Origin: the human T2T-CHM13v2.0 reference genome, Homo sapiens
Assembly: GCF_009914755.1 (NCBI RefSeq)
Contig: NC_060945.1
DNA: 64,000 nt
Reading direction: 5' to 3' (one strand)
Position numbers and translations under genes: made by a program. Positions 11,994-25,048 of this stretch are shown one piece after another; positions within the stretch are counted from its first letter, which is position 1; each line of letters opens with the position of its first letter. The notes below the pieces were generated by a model. That model was not told where the DNA came from, ran no database searches, and saw nothing but the letters and a program-made list of their open reading frames with translations.

Positions 11994-12523
11994 GCAACAG
12001 ATTCCTAGAAATACAACTGCAGGCAAGGGATGCTGGCAAGGTGTGGCCGTGACCAGGTTGCCTGCAAGAGGCCCTGAGTCTTTACTTCTTAAGAGCTATA
12101 CAATCACAATGCTGGGGGCACACGTTATTCTTTCTTTGCCAATTTAATAAAGAAAAATATCTTATGGTTTTCTTCAGCAAGCTGCGCAGTGTTCCAAAGC
12201 GTGAACACGCTGCACTTGATGTCTGCAATGCCAGGTGGATGGCACTGAATGTCTCTCTAGTTGTTCTTTATTACAAACGACACTTCTGTGTGTGTTTCCA
12301 CTATATACCTTTCCACACTCAGATATGTGTTTGCCTAAATTCCTAAAAGTGGCACTTCTAAGCTGGAGTGTTAGCAGATTTCAAATTCATAAAGATATTT
12401 AGAAATACCCTCAAAAAGAGTGTCCAAACTGTGCCTGCTAAGACCGATGACAGAGGAAATGGTGGAGCGGGGAACTGTAAGGGCCTGTCCCTCCACAGAA
12501 CATCAGAAACTGGCAAAACAAAC

Positions 12524-12887
12524 AGATATGGTTGGACTTTTTGTCCCCATCCAAATCTCATCTTGAACTGTCATCCCCAGGTGTTGAGGGAGAGACCTGG
12601 TGGGAAGTGATTGGATCATGGAGTTGGTTTCCCCCATGCTGTTGTAGTGATAGTGAGTTCTCACCAGATCTGACAGTTTTATAAAGCAGTTTTCCCTGCT
12701 CTCACTTGCTTCTCTCTCGTGCCACCATGTGAAGAAGGTCCTTGCTTCCCCATTGCCTTCCACCATGACTGTAAGTTTCCTGAGGCCTCCCCAGCCATGT
12801 GAAACTGAGTCAATCAAAGTTCTTTCCTTTATTAATTACTCAGTCTTGGATAGTATCTTTATAGCAGTGTGAAAAAGGACTAATACA
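12524..12887 (+). mobile_element. Solo THE1 (THE1D-like) LTR
   Basis: gatatggtt...ggactaataca with a 5-bp target-site duplication CAAAC (12519-12523 and 12888-12892). Confidence 0.88.
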
Positions 12888-13514
12888 CAAACAAACAAAC
12901 ACTACCTGGTAAAATCAACTTTATCCAAACTCTGGAAAATGGTCAAAGCTTTGCAGCAAGCAAGGGAACACATAATCAAGTAAAAGCAACAGAGCCCAAT
13001 AGGAGAACCTTGTGGATTTTAACTTCCCCTTGCCCCATCCCCCATCCCCAGCTGGGTGACAGTCAGGAAGGCAGCAGCCGGAGTTCCTGGTGTGGGGTGC
13101 TGCTGCCAGGGAAGCAGAGTGGACCTTGTTTGTAAGGCAGTGCAGTTGCCTGTTTCGACCGTCTGGTGGCTCCCTGAAGGACTAACACACAGGGCTTGCC
13201 TTATTTCACCAACTCAGACTATCTCAAGGTAGAGGAGCAGCTATATGGAGGGTGTGTGTTACAACGTTTAAAGGTAAATGAACAAGTCACTGACACCTAA
13301 GTCAAAAATTTTCAGTTGGGAAAACACTGGACACCCCTAAAAAGCCTGGGAGGAAAAGCTAGGAGATGACATGCTTTGAGGAATAAGGGAGTTAGAAGGT
13401 TCCACATATTTTTAGAGTCCAGAAAGCCCCCGTGCATGTCTATGATGGGGCACTGGCTCAGAAAAGAGCTGAGAAGCTCTCATTGCTCACCTCTGGCTGA
13501 ACCTCAGGCTCTGA

Positions 13515-13570
13515 GCAAGCAGGAAGTGAAGGTGCAAGCAGGAAGTGAAGGTGCAAGCAGGAAGTGAAGG
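13515..13570. repeat. 19-bp tandem repeat (GCAAGCAGGAAGTGAAGGT) x3
   Basis: Read directly from the sequence. Confidence 0.9.
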
Positions 13571-14845
13571 GGAAGGCAGAGTCACAAACTCCCCAGCCGA
13601 GTGCTGAAGGCGTGGACCAACATACAGAGCCCAGCTACAAACCCTGAAGAAAAATAAGTTTTTGATTCCAGGGGTTTAAGGAACTCTCTGTCAAATTACT
13701 ATCTCAGCACTAAGCTAATAGAACAGTGAGCACACATGGTGAAGAAACTATTTTTAAAAACTGACAGAAACAAACAAAAACAACCACAATCCACAACAAT
13801 CAGCAACAGCAAACTGCGCAGAGGGAGGAGAGCCTGATACCCAGAAATATCCCATTGTAATTGTCACTGTGCAGTTTTCACCAGAGGCATGTGCCATGCA
13901 AAGCAGCAAGAAATATAAGCTACTCATGAGGAGGAAAAGCAATTAATGGAAAATCTTCCTGAGGAAGCCCAGAATTGGACTTATTAGACAAAGCCTTTCA
14001 ATCAACTCTCTTAAACATGTTTAAAAAACTAAATACAATCACAGACAATGAATTAAGATAAACCAGGAGAATGATACCTCACCAAATAGAGAATATCAAT
14101 AAAGAGATAGGAGGAAATTTAAAAAGAAATTAAATAGAAGTTCTGGAATTGGAAAGTACAGTCACTGAAATAAATAACTCATGATATGGTTTCAACAGCA
14201 GATTTTAGCAGCTATAAGAATTAGTGAACAAGAAGATAGATCCATTGAAGTATTCTTGTCTGAGGAGTAGATGAGAAAATGAGGAGCAGATGAGAGAATG
14301 AATAAAAATAAACAAATCTGAAAAGACCTGTGGGACACCATCAAGCATACCAACACACTTAGCAGGATTTCCAGTTGGAGGGGAGACAGTGGGAGCAGAA
14401 AAAATAGTTGAAGAAATAATGGCCCAAACTTCCAGAATTGAGGAAACACATCAATCTAACTCAGAGGGATTCACATAAAAACACAGTATAATCAAACTCT
14501 CAAAAGTCAAAACAAAGAGAGAATGTAAAAAGCAGTGGGACGGAAGACTAACAGCGGATTTCTCATCAGAAACCATGGAGGCCAGAACGCGTTGGGATGA
14601 CATATTTAACATGCTGGGTTTGGGCACAGGGGTGGGGAGCACCCAACAACCAAAAAGACGTCTTCATCTGGCAAAGTGATCCTTCAAAAGTGAAGAAGTA
14701 ACACATTTTGAGGTAAATAAAACCTGAGAGCTCGTTGCTGAAAGATGTCCCTTACAAGAAATGCTAATTCAGGCTGAAATACAAAGGCAGTCGATAGTAA
14801 GCTAAAGCAATATGAATGAAGAAAGGTCAACAGCAAAGGTAGCCA

Positions 14846-15880
14846 TGTTGGTAGTTTGTATGTTTATAGGAGTTTTTCCATTACATCTTGGTTATCTAAT
14901 TTGTTGGGTACAAATATTCATAGTATTCCTTTATAATTATTTTTATTAACGTAAGGTCAGTAGTGATGTTCCCATTTTCATTTACGATTTTAGTTATTTG
15001 AATCTGTCTTCCTTTAATCAGTCTAGACAGAGGTTTGTCAAATCTGTTGCTCTTCTCAAAGAACCAACTTTTTTGTTCCTTGATTCGATTGATTTTTAAA
15101 ATTTCTATTCCATTTATCTGCACTCTAGTCTTTATTTTCTACCTTCTGCTAAATTTGGATTCACTTTGCTCTTTTTCTAGTTCCTTAAGGTGTAAAGTTA
15201 AATTAATGATTTGAGATGTTTCTATTTTTTTATGTAAGCATTCCTAGCTATCAATTTCCCTCTATGTACTGCCTTCATTGCATCTCGTTAAGTTTTGGGT
15301 TACTGTGATTTCTTTCTCATTCCTTTCCAAGAGTTTTCTATCTTCTCTTTGAATTCTCCTTTGACCAATTGGTTGTTTGAAAGTGTGCTATTAGGTTACA
15401 CATATTTGTGAATTCCAGCTTTTCTTTTGTTACTGATTTCTAGTTTCCTTCCATTGTAATCAGAGAAGATACTCTGTATGATTCAAATCAATTTAGATTA
15501 TTGAGGCTAGTTTTGTGGCCTAAGGTAAAATCTAATCTGAAGAATGTCCCATGTGAACTTGAGGAGAGTGAGTTTTCTGCTGTAGTTGGGTTGTGTGTTT
15601 TTGCACATATCTGTTAGACCCAGTAGATTTATGTCATTTTTCAAGTCCTCTATTTCCTTATTGAATAAAAATTTAGTTCTGTTATTTTACACTTTTTTAA
15701 ATTAGAGAGAATGGCTTATTGAAGTCTCAAACTCTTACTGTAGAACTGGAACTGTCTATTTCTTTCTTCAAATCTGTCCATTTTTGTTTCATATACATTG
15801 GTGATCTGATGATAAACATGTATATATTTATAATTGATATATCTTATTGATGGATGGACATTAATCACTACATAATGTCC
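14846..15880 (-). mobile_element. L1 ORF2 segment, antisense
   Basis: Minus-strand ORF 14896-15123 (KSWFFEKSNRFDKPLSRLIK...IIKEYYEYLY) is L1 ORF2-like. Confidence 0.85.
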
Positions 15881-16833
15881 TGTGGGCCCAGCCCCCGCCG
15901 ATCAGTCTGCTCCAGCTTCTGTATGACAGTGGCTTCCTCATCAGGCTCCTTTCCTGGCCTATGGCTGGCCCCTCCCCAGTAGGGCCATCATGTCCCCAGG
16001 TAACATCCACGTGGCCCCCTGGGCAGCACATATCATTCCTCAGTTGCTCTCACTAGAAGCCAATACTTCAGGCCCCACTTCCTAAGGTCTGGAAAATTAT
16101 GGCAGCCTAATAAAACAAGCTGATAAATTTAAGACTGGTATTATTTCTCTCCCAGTTGTTTGAGAATATTCAGCAGGGAAAGTATTTGGGTCTGTAGTTG
16201 GCTCTGTAGGAAAGCTTTTGATGTTAGATTCAAGTTATTTAATCAATATGGGATATTTGTATTTTTTTTCCTTTTGTGTGGATTCGGTGTCTTGACAAAT
16301 ATAGACAGTTGTGTCTCCACCAACACAATCAATACATAGACTCCTCTCATCATCCCATACATTTCCCTCATGGCCATTTGTAGTCATTCCACATCCCCAT
16401 CCTAGTCCCTGGCAGCCACTGACATTTTTTTTGGTCCCTTTACAATTACCTTTTCCAAAATGTTATATGCATGGAACCCCATGGTGCTTAGTATTTTGCC
16501 ATATAACATAAGACTTAAATAGACCCTTCCCTAAAGAGCAGGTACAGATGGCAAATAAATACATGAAAACATGCTCCACATCATGAGTCATCAGGGCAAT
16601 ACAAACTTAAACCCCAAAGGACTCTCTCTGTATAGCTGTGTTGACTAAAGTAACAACACATCTGCTGTGCAGGACTGGCAAGAATGTGGGGCTTTGCTGA
16701 TACGTTTGAGCTTAAACCTCCCATCTCATTTTGGTTTTTGCTTACGCAAGGAATCTACTCCCTTTTATCTCCTTGCTTTACTGCTTTTGGATCTAGTGTT
16801 TTGAGATTTTTTATGCCCCCATCTTCCCCTCAC

Positions 16834-17700
16834 TGTATTAGTTCCTTGGGCTGCCACATCAAATGTCACCAAAAAAGTGACTTATAAGAGTGGAAATTTA
16901 TTATCTCGCAGTTCTTAGGGCCAGGCACCTGAAATGAAGATATCCACAGGGCCATGCTTTCTCTTAGCTCCAAGGGAGACTCTGTCCTTGCTGCTTCTAG
17001 TTTCTGGTGCTCCCAGCAAACCTTGGCGTCCCTTGGCTTATAGCTGCCTCATGACAATCTTTGCCTTGGCTGTCATACGCCGTCTTCCCTTTGTGTGTGT
17101 GTTTGAACTTCCTTCTCCTTTCTCTGATAAAGACATTAGTCATTGGATTTAAGGTTCACTATAACCCGGTATGACCTCATTTTAACTAATTTCATCTACA
17201 AAGACCCTATTTCTATGTAAGGTCACATTGTGAGTGATATGGTTTGGTTGTATGGCCCTGCCAAATCTCATGTTGAAATGTGATCTCCACTGTTGGAGGT
17301 GGGGCCTTGGGGGAGCTATTTGACTCATGGGAGCGGATCTCTCATGACTTAGTAGTGCTGTCCTTGTGATAGTGAGGGAGTTCTGGCAAGATCTGGTTAA
17401 GCGTGTAGCACCTCCCATCCCCCACTCTCTTTCTCTTGCTACTCTTTTGCCATGTGACATGCCCACTCCCCCTTCACCTTCCACCATGAGCAAAGCTCCC
17501 TGAGGCCTCCCCAGAAGCTGAGCAGATGCCAGCGCCATGTTTCCTGTACAACCTGCAGAACCATGAGCCAACTAAACTTTCGTCTTATAAATTACCCAGT
17601 CTCAAATATTTCTTTATAGCAATGCGAGACCAGCTTAACACAGTGAGGTTCTGGGTGGATATGACTTTTGGGGAGGCAAGATTCAACCCACTACACTCAT
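16834..17700 (-). mobile_element. MLT1-type MaLR LTR, split by an MST insertion
   Basis: tgtattagttcctt... start; 'agacattagtcattggatttaagg' and 'aaggtcacatt' motifs; resumes at 'gaggttctgggtggatatga'. Confidence 0.7.
17235..17642 (+). mobile_element. Solo MST (MSTA-like) LTR nested in MLT1
   Basis: tgatatggtttgg...ttaacaca with a 5-bp target-site duplication GTGAG. Confidence 0.88.
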
Positions 17701-19480
17701 CTACTTCCTCCTGAGTTGTATATTCTTTCATTACTCTAGTGGAGATTACAACATGAATCTATGACTTTTTAAAGTCTAATGTAAATTAGATCTTATATTA
17801 TTTCCCAGATAGTATAGTGTACTAAGACTGCTTTAACTTCATGTAGCCCCCTCCTGAATTTTGTGATCTTCTTGCCATGTATTTCATTTCTATAAATATT
17901 TTACAACTTCTAAGACATCTTATACAGTAAATATTCATTTAGATTTCCCCATGTTGTCCTCCTTTTGTTACACTTCATTTCCTTTTCGACTTCTTGCTTC
18001 CATCTGTGATCATTTTCATTCTGCCTAATTATCTTTTTATTTTCTGTAGTGCAGATCCTACTGGTGACACAACCTCTCAGCATCCAGAGAACATCATTTT
18101 CCTGTCCTCATTTTTGAGGATCTTCTTCCCAGGTGTAGAATTCTAGCTTGGTGCTTCTTTTCTTTCAGACAGTAAATATATCATTCCATCATCCTCTGGC
18201 TGCCATCATTTCTACTGAGAAGTCATCTGTAAATGCTATTGTTGCTTCTTTAAAGGTAATATTTCTTTTTTTTTCCCTTGGCTGTTTTTAAATTTTTCTC
18301 TGTCTTTGGATTTCAGCCCCAATATGCACAGGCATGGTTTCCTTTGTATTCACCTTGCTAAACATTCTTAAATGCTTTTTGCATCTATGGGTTAATGTTT
18401 TTCATCACTTTAAACTTCTTGTCTATTAAACCTTCAAATATTTTACTACCCTTATTTTACTCATCTCCTCCTATGATTTCAACCATTTATATTCATAATT
18501 ATTTACAACATAAGGGCATGCTTACTACTCCACTTTCTTCATTTCCCTCTTTTCTTTCCCATCTCTGTACTCAGGGCTGAATTTCCTCATCTCCCTTTCT
18601 TCACTAATCTTCTCTTTGGTTTTGTCTAATATGTTGTCTAGCTAATCTACTTAGTTCTTAATTTCAGCTATTATGTTCATTTCCAGAATTTCTGTTTGAT
18701 TCCATTTCATAAATCTAGTTTGACACTGAAATTCTCCATTTGTCCTCTGGTTTTTTGAGCAAGCTAATCAGCATTATTTTAAATTCCAGTTTGACAATTC
18801 TAATATCTAAAGGTCCTGTGTATCTGTTTCTCTTGTTTGCTTTTTCCTCTTGGTCCTTTGGTCAGTTGGTTTGTCTTCTAGTAGCCCTAGTAATTTTTGA
18901 CTGAATCCAGGACTTCATGAAAATTTCCAAGATGATTTGAGCCTCTGTTGATGCTGCTGTCTCCAGAAGAGATCACTTTTGTTTCTGGGAGGCACTTAGG
19001 CTACAGGCAGATCATATGAGTTCAATACGAGCTGATTTAAAGGTGGGCTTCATTCTTCTTTCCGTTTTTTCCTTCATCCTAGGGCGTAATCCTTCACTTA
19101 TATTCACTGTTTCCAACTGACAGTCTGTTGTTGTTGTTGTTTTACCAGAATCCCTCCCCCTTGTCAGGTCCTGAACTCTATGTTTTTGTCTTCCAATTGT
19201 ATGAGACTACTAAAAGCTGTGCTCAGCCTCAGCCTCATGGCTGTAGTCTGTGAATCAGTAAATGCCTCAATAAGAAAATCCAGAAGAAATATTAGACTCA
19301 CTTCTGTGCACTTTCCCTCTAATAGGGATTCACTCACTCAAGTCTCAGCTGTCTTGGTGACTCCTGGTGCCCTCAAATAGAGATTTTGTTTGTTAAACCA
19401 GGTTTCCTAACTTTTCTCAGCTAGATGGCCAGTCTGATGTCAGCCAATTCCCCACACACAAAAGCAGAACTTGACAGAGA
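17700..19480 (-). mobile_element. Old L1 (ORF1/5' region), antisense
   Basis: T-rich, with 'gtagaattctagcttgg' and 'tttctactgagaagtcatctg' antisense L1 motifs. Confidence 0.6.
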
Positions 19481-19760
19481 GTTTTATACAGCATAAGAAA
19501 AAGGTAGCATAATGGAATCGTTTTCAGAGGTCAAAATTACTCTTCGATAATTTCTCCAAAAACATTTATTATTTCAGCCCATTTTTATGAAGGATCTTCC
19601 CTATTCCAGGCATTATTTTAGGCCCTCAGAGACTGAGTGGTGAACAAGACAACCACACTTCCTGCCCACATGAAGCTTACCTTTGAAGAATGGGAGCTGA
19701 GCACAGCAAAGAAAATGAGCATGAAAAGTTAGGAGACTTGGCACAGAAATACTGATGATG

Positions 19761-19901
19761 GGCCACGCACGGTGGCTTACGCCTGTAGTCCCAGCAATTT
19801 GGGAGGCCAAGGCAGGAGGATCACTTGAGCCCAGGAGTTCAAGACCAGCTGGGCAACATAGCAAGACTCTGGTCTCTACAAAAAAATTTTTTTTTACAAA
19901 A
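19761..19901 (+). mobile_element. Free left Alu monomer (FLAM-like)
   Basis: Single Alu arm; flanking duplication agaaata(c/t)tgat(g/a)atgg. Confidence 0.85.
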
Positions 19902-21503
19902 AGAAATATTGATAATGGGACTTGAATTATCTATGATTGAAGCGTATCATAAAGCTATGGCCTGAAAGAGCAGAACCAAATCCATAGCCCAAAATGGACC
20001 AGTTCAAAACTTTTCTATCCTGTCTGAAACCCAGTCCTATCCCCAGCGTTCCCACATGCAAGTCTGAGTGGACCTCGGGGAAGGCCGCGGGGAGCGGCAT
20101 GGCCTCTCTTTCCTTGCTCCCCTTCTCCCTGTTTTGGGCTCTAATTTCTTCAGTGATGGGGACGGGGGAAGGAATGTGCAGGGCCACCACTGTGGGGCTC
20201 ACTGGCCACTGCTGCACCTTCTCTCCGGCTGCTCCAGTGATCCTGTGCTTCTACCAGCTGCTTCAGTGAGGACCCACTTTAGAGACACCCCCAGGGACAG
20301 TAGCTGGAGGACTCTCTCCCTGGGACACCACACTTTGCGTAAGACTGAAGGGCCACCCCTGCCTCCACAGCCTCCTTCTTACAACCTGGGCAGCACTGGT
20401 GGGGTGTGGCAGCTGGCCATAGCTGGTCAACTTCTGTCTTATTTTAGAAACCCTGTGGGGACAGGTCTGACCCAGAATGTTAGCATTATTTTTAGAATGA
20501 GAGGCCGTTTCCAGCTTTGCCAGATTCACAGCAACAAAGACGTTCTACTCAACATCGTGTAATACGTCTTACTTTATAATGAAATATGCGTATGTGTACT
20601 TGAATTTTTAAATAAAAATGTGAAATCACAATCAATATTATAATTAGCTGCTGGGTAGCAATGTTCCTGGAAAGTGATCAGGGCCATTTTATAAGGCAAG
20701 AAGCTCGGGACTTCATCATGCCCTGTGGTGATAACAATTCATCATCAAAGATCATGCAGCCGTGAGAGTTGCCTGTGGCTGACCTGGGGGTGTGTGATGG
20801 GGCCTGTGGGCAGGGCTGGTGAGAAAAAGATGCTTGCAGTGCAGGGCACACGGAGGAGATGGCTCCAGCAGTGGCGAGGGCTGGCGGCTGCCTGCTGCCT
20901 AGCACAGCTACTTCACGGGTTCAGAACCCGAAACCACAGCCCACGATGCTGCCATTGTGCCTCAGCAAGGAGTGGGCTGAGCCCACGATCCCTGCCCTGG
21001 AACAGAGTCCTGCTGCCTCCCAAGCAAAGGACAGGGTGGGCAATGAACAGAGGGCAGGAGGCACAGAGGCCATGGGGATTAGAAATTGGCGAGTCCTGTG
21101 TCCTACAGCAGGGGAAGGACCATACTAGAGGAGGAGTTTGCACCACAGGAAATAATTCCTAAGGGCCGGCTTCCTGCAGAGGAAGCCCGTGTCCTGAGGC
21201 TGCTGGGGCCAGTGGCTGGACGATGCCCCAGCAACCAAAGATGGCCCCAGGCACATCCCACCCACATCCCACCCACCAGACGCCCACAGCCGTCCTTGCC
21301 TCCAGAACCCAGCTGGGATCAGGCCCACCCCAACTCCTGCCCCTGAGGTTCCACATGCAACAGACTATAGCCCAGGTGTGACAGGAGATTTGTGAGCTGG
21401 GCAATGTCACCAGCAAACAAACATCCCTAATCATGGCAGACGCCGCCTCTCAGCAACAAGGAAGGGGAAGCTGTGGGCCCTGGAACAACAAGGCCAGGAG
21501 GGG

Positions 21504-21509
21504 TATAAA
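21504..21509 (+). promoter_or_regulatory. TATA box of KRTAP10-9
   Basis: gggTATAAAa upstream of the (CACT)n leader. Confidence 0.85.
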
Positions 21510-21611
21510 AGCCTGAGAGCCCCAAGAACCTCACACACTCACAAACTCACTCACTGACACACTCACACACTCACTTACACCTCCCCCAGCTCACCTCCTC
21601 CCCACCCCAGC

Positions 21612-22490
21612 ATGGCCGCGTCCACCATGTCCATCCGCTCCAGCGCTTACTCCGACTCCTGGCAGGTGGACGACTGCCCAGAGAGCTGCTGTGAGCCCCC
21701 CTGCTGCGCCACCAGCTGCTGCGCCCCGGCCCCCTGCCTGACCCTGGTCTGCACCCCAGTGAGCCGTGTATCCAGCCCCTGCTGCCAGGTGACCTGTGAG
21801 CCCAGCCCCTGCCAATCAGGCTGCACCAGCTCCTGCACGCCCTCGTGCTGCCAGCAGTCTAGCTGCCAGCCGGCTTACTGCACCTCCTCCCCCTGCCAGC
21901 AGGCCTGCTGCGTGCCCGTCTGCTGCAAGCCTGTGTGCTGTGTGCCCGTCTGCTGTGGGGCTTCTTCGTGCTGCCAACAGTCTAGCTACCAGCCAGCTTG
22001 CTGTGCCTCTTCCTCCTGCCAGCCGGCCTGCTGTGTGCCCGTCTGCTGCAAACCTGTGTGCTGTGCGCCCACCTGCTCTGAGGATTCCTATTCATGCTGC
22101 CAACAGTCTAGCTGCCAGCCAGCTTGCTGCACTTCCTCCCCCTGCCAGCAGTCCTGCTGTGTGCCTGTCTGCTGTAAGCCTGTCTGCTGCAAACCCATCT
22201 GCTGTGTGCCTGTCTGCTCTGGGGCTTCCTCTCTGTGCTGCCAGCAGTCTGGCTGCCAGCCGGCTTGCTGCACCACCTCCTGCTGCAGACCCTCCTCCTC
22301 TGTGTCCCTCCTCTGCCGCCCTGTGTGCAGGCCCGCCTGCTGCGTGCCCGTCTCCTCCTGCTGTGCCCCCACCTCCTCCTGCCAGCCCAGCTATTGCCGC
22401 CAGGCCTCCTGTGTGTCCCTTCTCTGCCGCCCTGTGTGCTCCCGCCCTGCCTGCTACAGCTTCTCCTCAGGCCAGAAGTCCAGCTGCTGA
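21612..22490 (+). CDS. KRTAP10-9: Keratin-associated protein 10-9 (292 aa)
   Basis: [30 protein letters not shown]...SGQKSSC; flanking TATA and AATAAA; length and gene order match recall. Confidence 0.95.
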
Positions 22491-22803
22491 CGGCCATGTC
22501 CCCCAGGGCCAGCCGGGCTCAGGCCCCACCTCCCTGCCAGTCCTTGGACCTCCCAGCCCACCCAGCCTCAGCACAGCTCAACGCAGAAGGAGCAGCCCCA
22601 GCCACAGCCGCCCAGCCCCGGGGTCTCAGATGCTCACTGGCTCCTCCCTGACCTCCCCCCGGGCGGGCGAGCCCTGGCTGCTCCTCACTGTGCTTCCTGG
22701 CTGCAGACCACAACCCTCAGCTGGTCGCTGGTCGCTGGTTGGGGACGGGCCCTCCTGACCCGGGTCTCACCCCCAGCAGCGTCACCCTCTGCCTCTGAGC
22801 ACC

Positions 22804-22809
22804 AATAAA
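22804..22809 (+). terminator. Polyadenylation signal of KRTAP10-9
   Basis: AATAAA about 310 bp after the stop. Confidence 0.8.
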
Positions 22810-23699
22810 GCGTCTGCGGCCCCAGCTGACTCCGTGCTGACTCTCCGCACCCAGGGCGGGAGGGAGCAGAGTGGGGCCTGGCCTGGCTCTGGGGGGCTGG
22901 GCCCCGTGGATCTCTTTACTTCCCCAGCTGGGGGGCCTCGGGGGGCTCTTGTGTGACACCTGGAAGCTCCTGTCCACCTCGTGGCACGTTCTGCTGTCCG
23001 GCTCCCCTCCCAGGTCCTGTGGGGCCCAAAAGCCTTGTTCACTGGCTGAGTCCCACAGACACCACGTGACTCAGGCCAACGCCCCACGCACTGTGGGTAG
23101 AAGCAGCTCCTTCCCATGGCAAGGGTTGGGGCTGTCCCGGGGGGTGGCAGGCCCCAGCTGTGCTGGGAGGTGGGAGACGGGCGGTAGGGGGTGGGTGTGG
23201 AGACTTGGGCTCCAGCTGTCCCAGCACTCAGGAGTTCCACTCGGAGAGAGCTTGGCCATCCTGGCCTCCTGTGGACACTCACAGACGCTCAGGGATGGCC
23301 CCTGCTCCAGCCCTGGGCTTGCCGCTGGGATGCAGAGCAGAGAACAGACACGTGGTCTCCAGAGCTCCCTGTGCTGGGCTGGGTGGGTGGAGGGCCGGGT
23401 GGGAACAGGAAGGTCTCAGGGCGGCGATGACAGAGGAGTCCCAGGACAGTGTGGGAATGTGTCCAGACCAGACAGCAGGAAGGAGGCCTCCTGGGGGTAG
23501 TTTCTTAGCTCCTGCCATGGGAGACAGGCAGATGGCCAGAGCCACACTGTCCCCTCCAGTCCTCACCCACACCCCCCACACTGGTGACCCGGGGCTGCGA
23601 TGCCGCCCACTCTTCTCGCCTTAGGAGAGCATAGTCGGGTTTGGGGGCCTCGGCCATACCCTGTGGGCACAAAGGACCCCCACACCTGAGAGGAGCTGC

Positions 23700-24008
23700 A
23701 TGTGTCAGCTCAGGCTGCTGTGACAAAGTCCACGGACTGGGGGCTCGAGCCACACACATGGGGTCCCTCACAGTCCTGGGGCTGGAAATTGAGGCCCAGG
23801 TGTGGCAGGGCTGGTTCCCGAAGACTCTCTCTTGGGCTTGCAGACACAGTCTTCTCCCTGTGTCCTTACGGGGCTGTCCCTCTGTGTGTGTCTCTGCCCT
23901 CATCTCTTCTTCTCAAGAGGACACCAGTCATTGGATTAGGGCCCATCCATAGGACCTTAACTTAGGACTTCAACATGTGAATTCGGGGGCATCACAAGTC
24001 AGCCCATA
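23700..24008 (-). mobile_element. MLT1-type MaLR LTR
   Basis: 'aggacaccagtcattggattagggccca' and 'gacttcaacatgtgaattcggggg' motifs. Confidence 0.75.
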
Positions 24009-25048
24009 TCAGGGGGCTCTGGCTTTGGCCCTTGAGGCAGGAGTGAGGGTGGCAGTGAGGCCACCTGTGCCTCGAAGATCCCCAGTGGGGCCTGGCTGGG
24101 GCAGACGCTCCCTGTCCATAAACTGCAGCGATGGACATTTGGACAGAGACACGACCCTCGGGGAAATTCTGCTCACATGGACTCCTTCACCTGCTGAACA
24201 ACGCTGTCCAGAGGCCTCAGACACCCACCAAATGGTTCCTGTTTAGGCATCCTGTTGTCCCCAGTGCCTGGCTCATAAGGGGAACTCTCACTGGTCCCAC
24301 CGCAGGAGGCACGGCTCGCTTCCAGAAGGGGAAGGTGGGGATGGAGCGCAGGCCAGGCAGCTGTGCTGGAAGAGACAGGCCACACAGGGATGGGTGCAGG
24401 GAAAGTGGGGGCCACAGGGCTGTCGCGGGGGTCAGGAGCATCTTGCACAGGCTTCCTGAGTGGTATGGAGAGTGACCTAGGGCTTCAGGGGCCGTGGTAC
24501 ACACACTCACAGTGATAGAAACCAACTCAGGATTTAGGAATGGGAGTTCTTGGAGACCTTGATGAGGGGCTTTCCAGTCACATTCTGTGGGCAGGGGCAT
24601 CCTGTGGTGGGCAGAGGGGGAACAAGCACTGGGGAAGTGAAATGTGAAGGTAAATAATTTCTTCTCTAAAGATCTAACAGAACAAGGCAGGAGAGGAGCA
24701 CAGTAGTGACGGCTTCCTGAAGGACTAACACACAGGGCTTGCCTTATTTCGCCAACTCAGATTCCCTCCAGCCAGAGAAGCAGCTACACAGAGGCTTGGT
24801 CAGAACATTTAAAGGTAAATGAACCAGTCACTGCCACCTGGACAAAGGATATCAGTTGAGAAAACAATGGACACCCCAAAAAACCTGGGAGGAAGAGCTG
24901 AGAAATTAGATGCTTTGGGAAATAAGGGCATTGGAAGATTCCACATATTCTTGGGAGTCTATAAGGCCCCCATGCATGCCCATGATGGGGCACAGAAAAG
25001 ACCTGAGAGGCTCTCAGTGCTCACCTCTGGCTGAACTGCAGGCTCTGA

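Larger units (their letters stand above)
12450..14845 (+). mobile_element. Old L1 5' UTR/ORF1 region, interrupted by a THE1 LTR
   Basis: ORF1-like motifs 'ctgtgggacaccatcaagcatacc' and 'gatttctcatcagaaaccatggaggccagaa'; paralogous to 24710-27340. Confidence 0.75.

Noticed and set aside
21796-22758. Long +1-frame Ala/Pro-rich ORFs in the KRTAP10 genes (also 6790-7632, 32008-32667, 41069-41836)
   Set aside because: Frame-shifted shadows of the biased KAP codon usage, starting at non-ATG codons; similarity between paralogs simply follows the main frame.
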